Part shown: positions 1 through 14,083 of the stretch, one piece after another
Layout of the letters: every line of letters begins with the position of its first letter
How positions within the stretch are numbered: the stretch's first letter is position 1
Source: Bugula neritina
Lineage: Eukaryota > Animalia > Bryozoa
NCBI GenBank assembly: GCA_964035545.1
Contig: OZ037769.1
Location: 2,480,001-2,544,000, forward strand
Length of the DNA: 64,000 nucleotides
Reading direction: 5' to 3'
Translations under genes and position numbers: made by a program
Notes under the pieces: model-generated
Database searches by the model: none
What the model was told of the DNA's origin: nothing
Seen by the model: only the letters and a program-made list of their open reading frames with translations

Positions 1-2856
1 CTATCTTGTAATCGAAACTAATGTACATAACAATGGTGCTCAATGAACTGTTTGGTTGTTGATGATTTGAACAGTGTGTGAAACTGTTCTGGTTTATTTT
101 TATCAATATTTTATATTAAGTATAAAAGCAGAAAGTGTTGCAAGTGTATATTGCAACAGAAGTAGTATTCCGTCTGAATAACACTATTTTTATAATGTTT
201 TCGTTATTGTTTCAGATCATAGATTCTAGGGTGTAATAAATACAATATCGCAATAAGTTGTGAAGTTGACCAGTTTTACCCTCTTCAAGTGCTATTATAG
301 TTGCAGCCCTAGCTGTGGTTCCAACAACTCTTGGAGTTGGATAGAACCTGAGCCAACAATCCAACTCTCAACATCTTTTGATTTCTGCTAGTTGTACTGG
401 CTGCAATATAAACATGCTTTAATATGGATAAATTTTATGAAAAAAATTTAAAAGCTGAAAACTGCTTTATTATATATAGCAATAGAAAAGTTTAGTTTAA
501 TAGCTGTAAGTGTTTTTTAACAAGCCACACATCCAATAATGCTTAATTAGATAATTTTCCGCAAATAAACGTAATACATTATATAAATTAATGTAATATA
601 GTGTAATGCAGTTAATGCAATGCACAAAGATATGAGTCATAAATGGAAACTTTAGCTAAAGAGGCTTTTCTACCTCTGGCACTAAAAAACCGTGATATTG
701 ACTCTCCATACTTCAACTCTGTTGAATAAATCTTTTTCTTAAAAATGACCAAAGCAGATATCTATTTTACAGAACTGTTTGCTTCTTTGATTTTAGATCT
801 GCCAGGTGCTTTCAACTGCCAACATGGTGGTTTGCTAGATTTACCAACTAGTTAGCAATTACTAATCAAGTAGTTAGTGATGAAGTGCAGCTTGATTATC
901 AAACCATTTATCAATATTTTGATTTATGATATCTATTATAGTCTGTGACATGACAGGCAGCAACTGGCTGTCAGCAGGTGCTCTACAGTCCCAAGTCATC
1001 ATCACTTCATTACGAATGTCATTATGTCAAATTTTATTGAGTGGTAAGCTGGAAAAGTAATGGTGAAGATTTTAAATATTTTATTAATTACGGTAATAAT
1101 TGATAGATTTGTTGACTAAATAAGGCTATTGTAAACGAGTTAGCGTGTGGTTTATTAAACAAAACACAATAGAAGGGTGGACAGCAAGCCTGCTCCGTAT
1201 TACTGTTTATTTCATTCTGTCACAATAGATCTTCTTTCACAAGTATTGCAAAAATAATACCAAGGAGATAAAGAGTGATTGATTTTGTTGGTTGAACTTT
1301 TGAATCTGTTACACTCAACTATTCTAATGATTATTAATAACACAGCTACCATTTATAAAAATATATTCATCTTGTTTTTCTATTAGTAAAACAGATGTTA
1401 ATTGAACACCAAAATCATGGATTAGTTATAATGATGCTAATGTTGTGCAATATATGACATTAATATGCAGATACTGCTTGTTATCCACAAGTTTAGTGGT
1501 ATAGCTAAGAAACCCTTGTGCTGTATATGTGAATACTAAACAGAAATTAAAATATATCATTGTATATTAATATAATATTAATTAGAGAATAATATGCTAT
1601 AACAACTCATATCAATATGTTCTGCAACTCTATTTTAAGTGTTTAGAACAGTATACATGCATAAATGAGTGAAAGTATAGCACTTGGAGATTCTGCAATT
1701 AGCATATTGTCTCCCTGTGTACTAACTACATGTACATGCATAAATTATTGAGCAGATATATAAAAAGATTATAATATGCATTGTAGGAGTTTTAATATTA
1801 CATTGTTAGCATCTATTTCTGTGAGTAATTGTAGTAAGAATTACACTAGAAAGTATTGTATAACAATATAAAACATTCAACGCTAAAATTGTAAAAGTAT
1901 CTTTAAGTCTGTTGATTTTAGCCACAGCATAGTAAGCAAGTTAGAAAGCAAGTTGAAGGTACATTGTGTCATGCGTACAGTGCAGGTGCGGTGTCAGAAC
2001 TGTGACATTACAAAACAGGTTTCTCATTGGATGAACAAAATGTCAATTTCTACAAACTTCACGTTTCAGTGCAAATTTAGTAATTTGTCTAATTTTCAAT
2101 TATTTGAAGTTCTGTTTGAAGCTTAGAAAATGTATGTTTGAGTTATAATTCCAAACTTCTGTTGGTTTTCATCTGTAACACTCATTTATTGCTTATAAAT
2201 TCGTGTTAAAAGGAAACATTAGTTCATGACCCCCACTGAAACTTGTTATCACCTTTAAATACAGGCTCTAAGACCAGTAAAGGCTTTTAGCCTACATTGA
2301 TTTCTGCTCGGTACATTATTACAATCTAAGTATCATATTAATGTGAATCGAAGTTATCTTCTCTCTAATACTGCTGTATCAGCCTATGTAGACATGCAGA
2401 TCATGGTTTATAACGGTTTTCATGGTTTCAGGGTTTATAGAGCAATATCCAAACTGTGAAACGAAGATGTTGCAGCATCAGTTTTGTGTAATTTACAAAA
2501 GAAAATTATGTAAACATGTAAAAGTGGTAAAATCTCAGGCAAGGAAAAAGCTTTAGAAAATTTTAGCTTTTTCAATAAAGCTTAAAGATTACCAAAGCTA
2601 GTAGGTCTACACTTTGCACTCTAGATAACATTAATATTTTATTAATTATTAAATCTCTCACCCTTAATTAAATTAGCCAGGTACGATTAAAGTTGTTAAG
2701 AATTACATTTATCAAGTCGCTTTTTTATAAATCCATTAGTATGCTAATTCTATTTTTTGTAATATAATTGCAAAAAGGTTGAAATTATGACAGAATAGGG
2801 ATTTCTTTGTATAAGATTATAGACAAGAACTGAAGGCAATAAAATAGTTTTCATAT

Positions 2857-2862
2857 TTTATT
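2857..2862 (-). terminator. Candidate Emx polyadenylation signal
   Basis: Minus-strand AATAAA about 385 nt after the stop codon. Other copies lie further down (e.g. 2638-2643) and the DNA is AT-rich. Confidence 0.35.
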
Positions 2863-3246
2863 TTCACTCTGTGAATACAAAAATATTATTATTAATGCTT
2901 TTCATACTCCATGACTATTTACAATCATAACAGGATTAAATTATTAACATAATGAATGGAAATCAAATTTATCAGTACACATAAATTTGTATAGAAATCA
3001 AGATGAGCAAATATCACAAAGTAGTAGGAGAAGGTGCTGAAAAGCCTAAAAAGTGGGCAGGAAATCTATGTAGATTTGAAAGATCTAAGTCTATTAAAAA
3101 ACTTGATAACATTTTGCAGGGCACTGCATTCACAATTCATAGCAAGTGAAAAACTTAATATATAATCGGAATTATTGATAAGAGGTCTTTCAAATTTCAA
3201 AAATATTTAAGATGTATACGGTATGTACATGATTGTATATTGCTGG

Positions 3247-3420
3247 TTAAAACACTGCCTGAGTGGGAAGACTGGATTTGGGGTGTTCCGTTTCATCTTC
3301 GCAGATTTCTAAGTCATCTTCCATATCGCTGCCGTCGTGCATTTGACCATCCATGCCATCTTCGCTACCATCTTTTGTTCTCTTGTGTTTTGTACGGCGA
3401 TTTTGAAACCACACTTTTAC
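3247..3420 (-). CDS. Emx: Emx coding exon 3 (helix 3 and acidic tail)
   Basis: Acceptor TTTTATAG at 3421. Reads VKVWFQNRRTKHKRTKDGSEDGMDGQMHDGSDMEDDLEICEDETEHPKSSLPTQAVF, with TAA at 3249-3247. Spliced CDS is 391+182+174 = 747 nt. Confidence 0.96.
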   Translation of the reverse strand, partial: VKVWFQNRRTKHKRTKDGSEDGMDGQMHDGSDMEDDLEICEDETEHPKSSLPTQAVF

Positions 3421-3608
3421 CTATAAAATTAATAATAAAAAATTATGTTTTTGAATGAAAATTCTTTTAAACCAAAGCAAAACTTTTAACAGAAAGAAAA
3501 ACATTTTTTAACACTAATATACTAATAATCGGTAATATTGCTATCAGTTTGCAAGACAAGATTTTGTTGATTATTTTTGACAAATACAGGTTCTAGAGTC
3601 ATTTTTAC

Positions 3609-3790
3609 CTGTGTTTCTGTAAGTCCAAGTTTTGAAGCCAAATCTTTTCGTTCTTGGCCAACAACGTAATGATTTTTTTCAAAGGATTGTTCTAGTTTAA
3701 GGAGCTGTGGAGGGGTGAAGGCTGTTCTAATTCTCTTTGGTTTACGGAATGGAACATTATGCATCAGTAAGTTTGCATGGTTATCGGCAC
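3609..3790 (-). CDS. Emx: Emx coding exon 2 (homeodomain helices 1-2 and start of helix 3)
   Basis: Acceptor TTTTTCTAG at 3791. Reads GADNHANLLMHNVPFRKPKRIRTAFTPPQLLKLEQSFEKNHYVVGQERKDLASKLGLTETQ; RKPKRIRTAF and FEKNHYVVG are Emx signatures. Donor CAG|GTAAAA at 3608, phase 0. Confidence 0.97.
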
Positions 3791-4330
3791 CTAGAAAAAC
3801 AAAAAAAAATTATGAAATCTATTAACTTTCCCAAAAGTTAATATAACTAGACTACCAGATTGAGGTTTGAATTTGCAGTCTGTCTTCACTTCCTTAACAC
3901 GAAAGCAACTTTGCAAAAGAAATACTGCAGTATTTATAAATAAGGACTGGGTAAAGCAGTGGGCTTATGCCGCAGAACAAGTAAGTATGTTGGGCTTAGT
4001 AAGGCTTACTAGACTGATCTTTGTCACTGCATTGTGAGAGTGATCTGGTAATTACTGTATTCAAGTCTCAATTAAATGCAATTAAAGCTCATTAGAAGAA
4101 AATCTCTTAACTGACAGTAAAGAAACTGGTGCATTAAATTGAATTTAATTGAATTTTAAGTGTCTAAGAATTGTACAAACTGGTAGCCAGTCTGCTACGT
4201 AATTTCACAAATTACTAATTATAGTAATTAGCCCCAATATTTATTAAAGCAACCAATAAACCTTTCAGTGCTTTAAAGCTAGTTACACTACAGTAAATAT
4301 TTACTGGCAAATAAAGTTATCAGTACTTAC

Positions 4331-4721
4331 CAAATCTGTGTAGAAGATTTGGATGTCTGGCAAGTAAAAATGGATTGAATAAAGATTCTCTTTGGGCTCC
4401 AGCCAGAAGTAAAGCCGGGTTTAAAGCTGCGGGTATATTTGGAATGTGACCAGGAAGAGATGATGGTAATGCTCCTGCAAAGATTGGATGGTTTAGTCCG
4501 AGTGCCAGAGTATCGAGTCCACCAGATAAGCACTGTTGTTCGTAAAAGGCTTTCATGTTCATGAGATGTGCGTTTATTTGGTGAACTTGTTGAGGTGACG
4601 TTGGAGGTGAGGAACTAGTACAAGACTTTGGCGATGATAGCGAATCTCCTCTATCTGATTTTATTAAAGAATCTATGCTAAAGGCAGAAGATCGCTTGGC
4701 TGAAACGGCCATTGCAGACAT
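4331..4721 (-). CDS. Emx: Emx homeobox gene, coding exon 1
   Basis: ATG at 4721 (MSAMAVSAKRSSAFSIDSLI; alternative ATG at 4712). Contains the eh1 Groucho-binding motif FSIDSLI (4682-4662) and the Emx-type HRFG end. Donor G|GTAAGT at 4330, phase 1. The ORF-track start at 4763 is a GTG and is probably not used. Confidence 0.93.
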
Positions 4722-4792
4722 TTTACTCAAAGAAAAACTGTTGAACTGTAAGACTATGGACACTTGAATACTTTGAAATCAGTTAACAATAG

Positions 4793-4906
4793 TTTATATA
4801 GAAAGCCACGGATCGTTAATCACCGTATTGTTATTTTGATCAAACTGATTGGCTGCTTTATAAATAGCTACATTTGATTGGTTATGGCTACCTTAATACT
4901 GGGCGG
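4793..4906 (-). promoter_or_regulatory. Emx proximal promoter
   Basis: Minus-strand TATATAAA at 4800-4793 (about 70 nt above the ATG), two CCAAT boxes (4848-4852, 4877-4881), GC box GGGCGG at 4901-4906 and MEF2-like TTATAAATAG at 4858-4867. Confidence 0.65.
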
Positions 4907-7900
4907 AGCTGTTAGATTGAAAACAAACATGGAACGTGTTATTAGTTTTGATATGTTCAATTTTTAATAAACTAAAATACAAATAATGGAAGAGTGGTTA
5001 TCACAGTGCAACTAAAAAATTCTCTTACATTTGGAATACGAAGTTCTTTTAGGTTGCGACAAGGTTTTCATTCACCCACTCCCATTAAACCTGATATTTT
5101 AGAATACTACAAGTGATGTTTGCCCTTTAGTTGCATATCAAATAAATTGACTCAAACCATCGTTAACTTTGTTTATTTCAAAACTCGGCTTTTCTAGTTC
5201 AGTTCAATTTTTATTTATTTTATTTGATGTAGCTATTGGACTTTTTCCCTGAAACGCACAACTCTCAGGTTTTATTAGCCATCTCCACGTTTGGAGACAT
5301 TCTACAAGTACAACAAACAGCTAAACCAACTAATGCTTAGTTTGGGAAAGTCTTAACTTCAGATAACTGATTCGTTCAAATCTTAGTACGGGTTGAGGTG
5401 TTACATGGTTTAAATGTGAAAAAAAGTTATTCATTTTAATAATTCTGTCACCAAAATAATTTGGAAGAGCTGGGAAACGTTCTAGGTTATTCGAAATATA
5501 ACAGCTCCCTATGAGTGTCAAAAGAAACCTATGTATTGTCTATCAGAATTTACACCCTTAAACTCGATTGATGTAATTAGGTCTTTAGGTTTCCACAGAG
5601 ATAAAAGATAATAGAATATAATTACCAACATTAATTTCAAGTTGTTCAAGGGTAATAATTGTAATATGTGTAAATTTTATAGATTAGAAGTAAATTATAG
5701 ATGAATTAGCGTGCAATAATAATTACTCATTATGTACAGAGAAGAGGTGGTGCGAAGATATAGTATAATACATTTTAGTATAGAAAAGTTAAACATTTCT
5801 CAATATATTATTATAGTTATCTCATGCCAGGTGGTACCTCTTGCAATTTAGGCAAATGAAGGTTATTAGTTCAGTTATCAAAAACATTAGCAATTTAACT
5901 AGAATAATTATACATTTGGAACAGTCAAGAATTACAACAACATTTTAGGGCGTGTTTAGTTGTGAGGTACTTCAAAACTTGGCTATGTTATTATACATCT
6001 GCTAGCCACTAGTCATCTGATGGGACATCACAGCTCTCTCCCAGATAAAATCTTTTCTAACATTTTCACCATATGTTTACTATTTAACCTATCAAAGTCT
6101 AACGAAGTTCACATCTAAATTCTGTGTGTAAAATAATGGAGTCAAATTAGTTAACACAGCCCGGCACCAGCACAACTAGTCCAGGTGTTGAAGGAAGACC
6201 GCCAATAATGTAGAGTGGTGTGGAAAATACGGATAAGAAGTAAAAAAATGAAGTATATTGTGTGGAAGATAGGTTAAAGAGGGAGTCAGCCATTATGGGA
6301 GGCACGTTATGACCGTCATTATTATAATAGCGGATTACTAATACGACATACCGTCAATACAATGGTGGTTACATATCTGTAATACCATTGGCTTATCTCT
6401 TTTCTATTATTCCTTATTCATAGTTATAGTAATATATTTAATAATAAAAGCTAATATGACACTGATACCGTGTAATTGTCCACACCTTACTTCGCTAATC
6501 CCTGATTTCCACAATTTTTAGCATGCAATCAGAGGTCATGTGACTCTAAGAGAGCAGATGTTACAAAGTCAACTGTGTGACTAAACTTCGCACTCAATCC
6601 GATAAACACTCCATTGCATGATCAATAAATATCCTGTATTTACTAATCTCACTAAAAATGTTTATCTTGTAAAATTATGTTATGAATAAAAGCACATTAG
6701 AATTGTCTTTCTTACAGTAGCAGCTTGATTTGATATTATCCCAAAAGCTATTTTCAAGTTAATTAACTTGCAACATGACAAATAAAGATGTCTAAAGCTA
6801 TGGTGCAGTTCTCAATACTTTCGCCAGGCAAAATATTCATAGAGGAATGTGTAAGATACTTGAATGAAACTTTGCTAACTTTCTAACTACTTATATGAAA
6901 CTTCTAACATCCCCTTGCTCATAAAATTTCTTATCTCACTTTATTATAGCTCCAGCACATTCTATCTCTAACTTCTCACATGGGTGGTGATGGTGTGAAT
7001 TTTTGCCGTGAGACATATGTGACAGGTTCAGCTGCTTCTATCCAATCTAAAACACATCATTTCACAAAAAAGAAACTGTTCGAATCATTTAATAATAATT
7101 ATTTCACCTAAAAATAAAGTCCTGCCTGGCATTTCATAAGACAAGCAGTAGAATTTATAATGCAATTAACAACTGCTTCAAAAAATAATTAATTACTTTG
7201 TTGAGGTTATAATAATGTAATTAAATGCAATGCTGCATATTAAACTCCATAATGTATTTGGTGACTAGCACAATGGTTAGATGTACTAAAATAGAAATAT
7301 AGCAGTAAATAGGAAGCTGGCTGTCACAGCCATGACAAATCGCTTAACCATTAAAATAGTTTGCTAAAACAAAACACATATTAGCGTGATACTAGAGAGA
7401 TTAAATGAGAAACAAATTTCGAATTCTCAAAAATTTCGTGTAGTCAAAACATGCAATCAAAAGTCATAAAAACAATTATACTAAATAGTAGCCAAATTTG
7501 AAAAGGTTGTGTATGTGGTAATTGAAAACTTTAGACTTGCATAATGCAAACGTCATATGATCAAAAGAATTATGTCTTAAAATAGTAAAACTTTTAACCT
7601 GCTTGCAATGTTATAAAATATAGTCAAATCTTATTTAAATGTTAATAGTTCATTGCATTACAAACAAAATTGTTATCACCAAACTATTATAACTCCTTCT
7701 TTAAGAATATCATGTAGTATAGCTTATTTAATGTTCTATTATAATTTATACTTTTTCCTAATATATAGGTCTGTAAAAGTGTATAGCTAAGCTAGTTAAG
7801 GGCATAGATTCTAGTTATTGTATTGTGCTACAATGAGATGCATACGTTAGCTATTACTTAACTCTGAAAAGACACAGGTAGCTAAAGGAGGTTGTGAAAA

Positions 7901-10900
7901 AGCTACTCTGAGTTGCTGGGAACTACTCATTGGTGTTGAAGGTGAGTTTTCTAGAATATTCAACTTGGTTGAGTCAGATATTGTCGTATGGGCATGTGTG
8001 TATGTAGAATGTAACTGAGAAGACAACTATACACTCTGAAAATACGCTAAAAGTACCAATTATTGTGTTGAGTCCCTCAAAACCAGAAGCATTCTTGATG
8101 ACTGAGATTTCTTCCTTTCCAACCAAAGTTTTAGTAAGAAAAGTTAGTTGATTCTTGGGTAAGGAAGTTCCCAGACGATGCGTGTTGTGTATGAAGTTCC
8201 AGTGATTGATAAATAAACAAGAAGAAAGATGAGGTTTTCATGAACATTGTTTGATTTAAGGTGATTCTATGAAATCTTTCACTACCAAATGATTCTACTA
8301 GACATGCAGTCGGGTCTGCTACTATTCAATTATTTCAATAGAAAAATCTCTCATGAAAAGCCAGTGAATGATGAGTGCTCAGCCTTGCTTTCTATTGTTG
8401 AGCTCGTGTTGTTTTAAACAGTCATTAGTTATCATCATAACATTCTTAGCCCGGCTGAAACATATAATCTCCTTATTCTAAACATTGGAGCATGAATTGG
8501 GCACCACTTTTTAAATTAACTTGTCTTTGATGTTTGTTTGCAGTTTTTAATCACCCTAGTTACTGACTATAACTATTGCTATACAAGTACTAACTGTTAG
8601 TCACAAGTTTGTACATGTAAAAGAGAGACTGTAAGTGTATTCTATCCTAATCCATTAGTCCTGGTCATGTAAAGGCTTGCAGGTTGGGGGTCTGTGGTTC
8701 AATTGCAGTGGAGGCGCTTATTTTACAATCATTAACAGCAGAACTTTTAAATTCAGTCACAGCAATTCTTTTAAGTCAGTAATTAAAATTTTCATCTAGT
8801 TATAGATTGGTTTATTGCAAAAGAACATCAAAGTAAACACTATATTAATATTATCAGCTAGTAAAACAGTAACAAGGAAATCAAAGCTATATCTCATTTT
8901 TAAATTACCAACAACCATTCTAAAATTACACTCCATTTTCCACAGATGTTAAAAATAAAGGTGATTAATTTTGATAAATTTAAAACTATTTAGCATCATT
9001 TGTGCTAATTATAACCACACAATGACTCAGTGTTGTGAGTTAGTAAAAATAGTATAACTTACAATCAGATTAGTATACTAGTATATGTTACATAGTTTGT
9101 GTAATAGGGCTTAATATAGGATAATAAAATAAATGATGTATTTTACGGATTAGATCATGCAAAAATATAACTTTTACGCAGTAGGGTTGTCATACTCAGC
9201 ATTGATGTTATGTAAAACTATTTTTGTTGTATAATACAAAGTTTGACAATGCATCATGCAAGTTAAGAGCTGCGATAAGCCTGCACCATGTTTAAAGATG
9301 ACATTTCATATGGAATACCTGCAATCAATTTACTTATTATGATAATCTTAGTTTATAAAAAAGTTAAAAAGCGTAATATTATTTCAATTATATTTGCATG
9401 GTTTAGCTATAATATAATATATAACAATATATTAACATCAAACAAAAATGGAAGCAAAAAAGCGATTTGTTTTTCATTTATCAAGCAAACATTCCATTAA
9501 AAATCAATGCTAGTTATCAAATATTAAAATTGATTAATGAAAGTTAGATAAAATAATATTGTCAAAAAAAATTATCCAATTAAAAATATATTAAAATATT
9601 ACACCTGTCTGTCAGCTAACGCAAGGTGACACATAGTTATGTCCAGTTTCTATTTACACCCTGACTGGCTAGGTGTAAGTGGCAGGAACTATGCTGCAAG
9701 TAATGCAGCAATATATTTTGTAATCTTTTACAAACACGGTGAGTTACATTTACATGTTTATGCAAATACAGGTGCACCCATCTAAACACATACCTGTACA
9801 CACCACCTCACCTGTACATTGTCTTAACTATGCAATAGGTGGACTTAATTACAACAACTTATAATAACAAGATATATGTATATGTCTTAGAAACAAAAGC
9901 TAAGAATATATTATCATATGTCAATGGTAAGGAAATAAGACACACCAAAACCTGTTTGACGATAAAAGAAGGTAACTTTTTGACCTCAAGGGTTAGAGAA
10001 GCTGGCAGGTTGGGATTGTTGTCAATAGAGTTCTAAATTAATTATTAATTTATTTATTTATTTGAATAATAAACTTAATTTTGTCAATTCAATAAATTAA
10101 TTATTCTGATGGAATAATAATTAAAAGTTAAAATTAAATCTTTAAGTTCTCTAGTAGCATTCCTAACCTGTTCACAAGTTCATTTTTTAACGTAATTGAA
10201 TACTTTAGTCAAGTAAAAAACAGAAGAGTATTGATACTAAAAAAAATTTTTTCCAGTTGTTTATTTGTGCTTGAATCATTAACTTTCAGTTTAAGAGCTA
10301 AAATAGTACATAGTTTTGTATCTTGTCAACTGTAAGCTAGCATAACAGATTTTTGTCAGTCAAATTCAAATGGCAGGCTCTAGGAAAGTACATGCATGAA
10401 ACCAGCCTTGAAAAAAAAGATTTTCTCTTTCTACTCTAGAAACAAGAAAATATATAAATTCAAAATGATATCAATTATTACATTTTAAACCAAAAATTCA
10501 ACTGAAATAACTGAACGATCTCAATTTTTTAAATAGCAACATTGCAATTGGTTTAAAGCTAGCAGAAACTAGTAAAGCTACTATAAGCAACGTTAAGCTA
10601 GATGTAAACTTAACGGCATTGGTCTAAAAACTATCACTGTATAGATCAGGTTAGCCCAACACTCTTTCTCAACAGTCACCTCTCCTTGCTACATATACAA
10701 CTTTTGTCAAGTATTTACAACTTCCTGTGTATTTTTTTTCACAAAATTAAAAACATCACTATTTTACACCAACACACTGCCGTAACTGTAACTCTCTGCC
10801 GATATAATATATTGTCCAACTTTCCATATGCTCAGTCACAGTTGGGTGAATCAACTGCCTTGCTGAAGGCTTTTCAACTAACCCTCTGCCTCGCCTTATA

Positions 10901-13659
10901 GTAAAGTAATCAGCATAAAAAGAAAAGGGGAAAATTTTCAATGAGCCACACATTTTTCAGGAAACTATTTATCTCATGTTCGTAAAACTTCCAATGCTTA
11001 GACGCAAGCATAAGATTTATGTGCATAGGAAATTTAATACTTTCTATTTATAGCTGAAAAAATTATAATTTATTAATTTTATGTATGTTTTAATGCATGT
11101 CCAAAATACACATTTTATGTCAACTCCTCAAATGTGTTTCCTGAAGTGAGGCTCGCTTGCTTTGCTGAAGTTTATTACTCAGAATATACAACCGTCATGG
11201 AATCTTGGCAAAACATGCATACATTACAAAAGTACTATTCTAACATGATTGGACAAATATGGGATTACAAAACCTTTGAAGGTTTGTTAACTACGTAGTT
11301 TCTTTATAGGCCACTGTTATTGATAAACAGTTTGAAAGCTAATTCTCTCAATTTTCATGCCCTAATAAACACTGTACAACTATTACCAACTTTTTAAAAC
11401 AAGATGATTTAAATTCTTGAGCTCTATACTAGCTGCTTGTCTTTTGTTACTTCTGTGATATAACAGCTTCTGGCAAAAGTCTCGATATAATGGGAACGCT
11501 TTGCAAACTTTGAATTTTGCCTTTTCAAGATGAGTAGTTTGGTAGAGTTGGCCAATTAATGCATTAATTATTACATTAATTTTAATAATAATCAGTGGTC
11601 AGAAAGGGCCGAGCTGGAATATCTGGGTCTACAGCAAAACTGGCATAGCAATTAGAAAGGCGTCTCTGCTGTTTAGCATAATGTAAATTTAGTGGCTACA
11701 CGTGTAGGCCGCAGTAATTCTCTAATAACAGTCAAATATTTCTACAATTATATTTTATTCAACTTATTATAGATGTGTAAGTGGCTTACAGCAGGGTAGA
11801 AGGGCGGACACTGTGATATATTATATTATACTTGCTGTTTAGTTTACTGCTTGTTATATAATGGGCTACACAGGGCGGACATAGAATTAAATATGCATGC
11901 CATTAATCAAACGTCTATTGTTTCACTGTCTAATTTTATGTGATTTTTACATAATTGCCTCCTAGATTTGCCAGGACCACTTCAAGGTTCTGTAGATGAC
12001 AAAAGGGTTACTTTCACTTCAGTTCCACACTGCTGCGCCTGATGTACCAAGTTCTCATGTCCATGTTCTCTGTTCTTATTCTGTTCCTATTTTGTAGAAA
12101 GTCAATAATTTGTTGCTAGCTTATGATATGATATGCTGGGGAAGCACACTGATTAAAAGCATGAAAAAATAAATATATAATTAAATAAACAAAGAAACTG
12201 ATAAAGATATAAAAGACTTAGATTTACCGCATTTCAAAAGAGTGTTGCCCCACACTAATTATGTTTTGAATTAGTTGACTAATTGTAGAAGGCAGGACAA
12301 TGTTAAGTATATAATGGCATAATTAGCTTCACATATAACAATAGAAAGCTGAAACAAATCCTATTACCATAATAAACTCATTAGCATAATTTCTTGAGCT
12401 ACTTTAGGGTGCTATTAATAAGTCTGGTGATGATTTCGAATACTGCTGCCCTCGATTATTCCCTATTATAGTGATTTGTTTAAACTAGTAGTTAAAATAT
12501 TTGAATAAATTAATAGCATCTTGTCTATACTAGACTGGGCGTTTCACATACCATCAATGAGATGGGACCAAATAAGATGTCTAGAAAGGCCATGAAATGT
12601 TGCTTATATGAACGGCTGTTATAGCCTCACGTGACTTCCTATCGTGTTACATGCTCGTATTTCAAAGGTGTTACGCCAGCTACAAATTAATGCCTTTTTG
12701 TCATTGAATGTAAATAAATTAACCAGCACAATACAGTTATAATTAGACTTAATCTAAAGATGCAACAGTTGGAAGCAAATTGGCGGTAATTTTGTTAAAC
12801 TTTGATTGTCAATTTTTGTCAAAAAATGATCATTTATGCCGTAATGAAATTCAAGAAGCATGCATACAATAATTAGTTGAGGGTTGTTTGAAAAAGTAAG
12901 TTGCAACTAAAATAAAACTGCCTTAGAATACCCCTAGTAGCTGTGAAATACAATTTTATTCATACAAATAATATTTATTACTAAACTTTTTTCACTTTTC
13001 AGTAATCATATTAGCTTATTAGATATTGTAAATCAAGTTGTAAATTGAAACTTATTTAGCTGCAGCTGTTCCACATGATTTTTAGTCTTTGAGCATTCAC
13101 TTATACGTGGTATGTTAATATTATACCAAACTTCTACAGTGTAGCACACACTTTATTTTATTATATGAAAAAAATTTGATATATATGAATGAAAATTTTG
13201 GCTGAAAACACAACTAAACTAAACACTTTGAAAGTGAATAAACATCATTTTTATAAACAGTATATTAAAGAAAACTTTATTCAACAAATTAAATATTTTA
13301 TAAAATTTTCTAAAATTTAGCAAAATGTATATAAAAAACAACTAATAAAAAAGACAATGTAATTTTCAAGCTACTAGGAAATCAAAAAATCAATAATTTT
13401 TATTAATTGCATTAAAATTTCAAAGATAAATAAGTTACTATCCAGTGAACAAGAATGGTGTGAAAGATATTGGCAAGTGTAACTTTCCTACAGAAGTCTC
13501 CGTTGGCCTACAAAAAGACGAAGTGCAACTGCAACTGCTACAGACATAATGAACAAGTGAACATATAAAGACAAACAGAAAGTGTGTACACAGTATATCT
13601 GTTGCACCATACGACGCACATTACTACTGTGTAACTGCTAAAAAGCTGTGAAACACTTA

Positions 13660-14083
13660 GTGTAGGGCCACACTATGCGTTTTTACACGTTCGTGACGTG
13701 GGAGAATACACACTAGTGACCTGCCACACACAGTGTGCGCGTTGCGAGTGCAAAAATTTATTAGCCAATAATGTTAGCGTTAAACTTTACTGCTCGCCTA
13801 CAGACTTTTGTTTTTAAAATTATGTCATCGGCAAATTGACTCAATTAGATTATAAAAGCGGAAATGCAAATTATATGAAACTGTTTTAATTTAGTTCGCT
13901 AAAAGCTAAGCTGTGCATTGAAATAAAAGAAATGTGCTCGCTAAATGATAATAAGCCAATTAGATCAAACACGCACGAGCTTGCCGCTGAGCTCGCTCAG
14001 CATGCTAGACGCATGAAAATCCCGCTCATGACGTCCAATTTTTGGGCTAAACGTGATTTCTCGCATGTCGTGTGGCCCTACAC
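13660..14083. mobile_element. Non-autonomous DNA transposon (MITE), PIF/Harbinger-like
   Basis: Perfect 14-bp TIR GTGTAGGGCCACAC (13660-13673) / GTGTGGCCCTACAC (14070-14083), flanked by TTA on both sides (13657-13659, 14084-14086). CpG-rich 424-bp interior with no transposase. Confidence 0.8.

Noticed and set aside
3240-3458. Plus-strand 72-aa ORF
   Set aside because: Antisense shadow of Emx exon 3.
8655-8730. Second SINE-like head (GGTTCAATTGC)
   Set aside because: Too degenerate to support without a repeat library.
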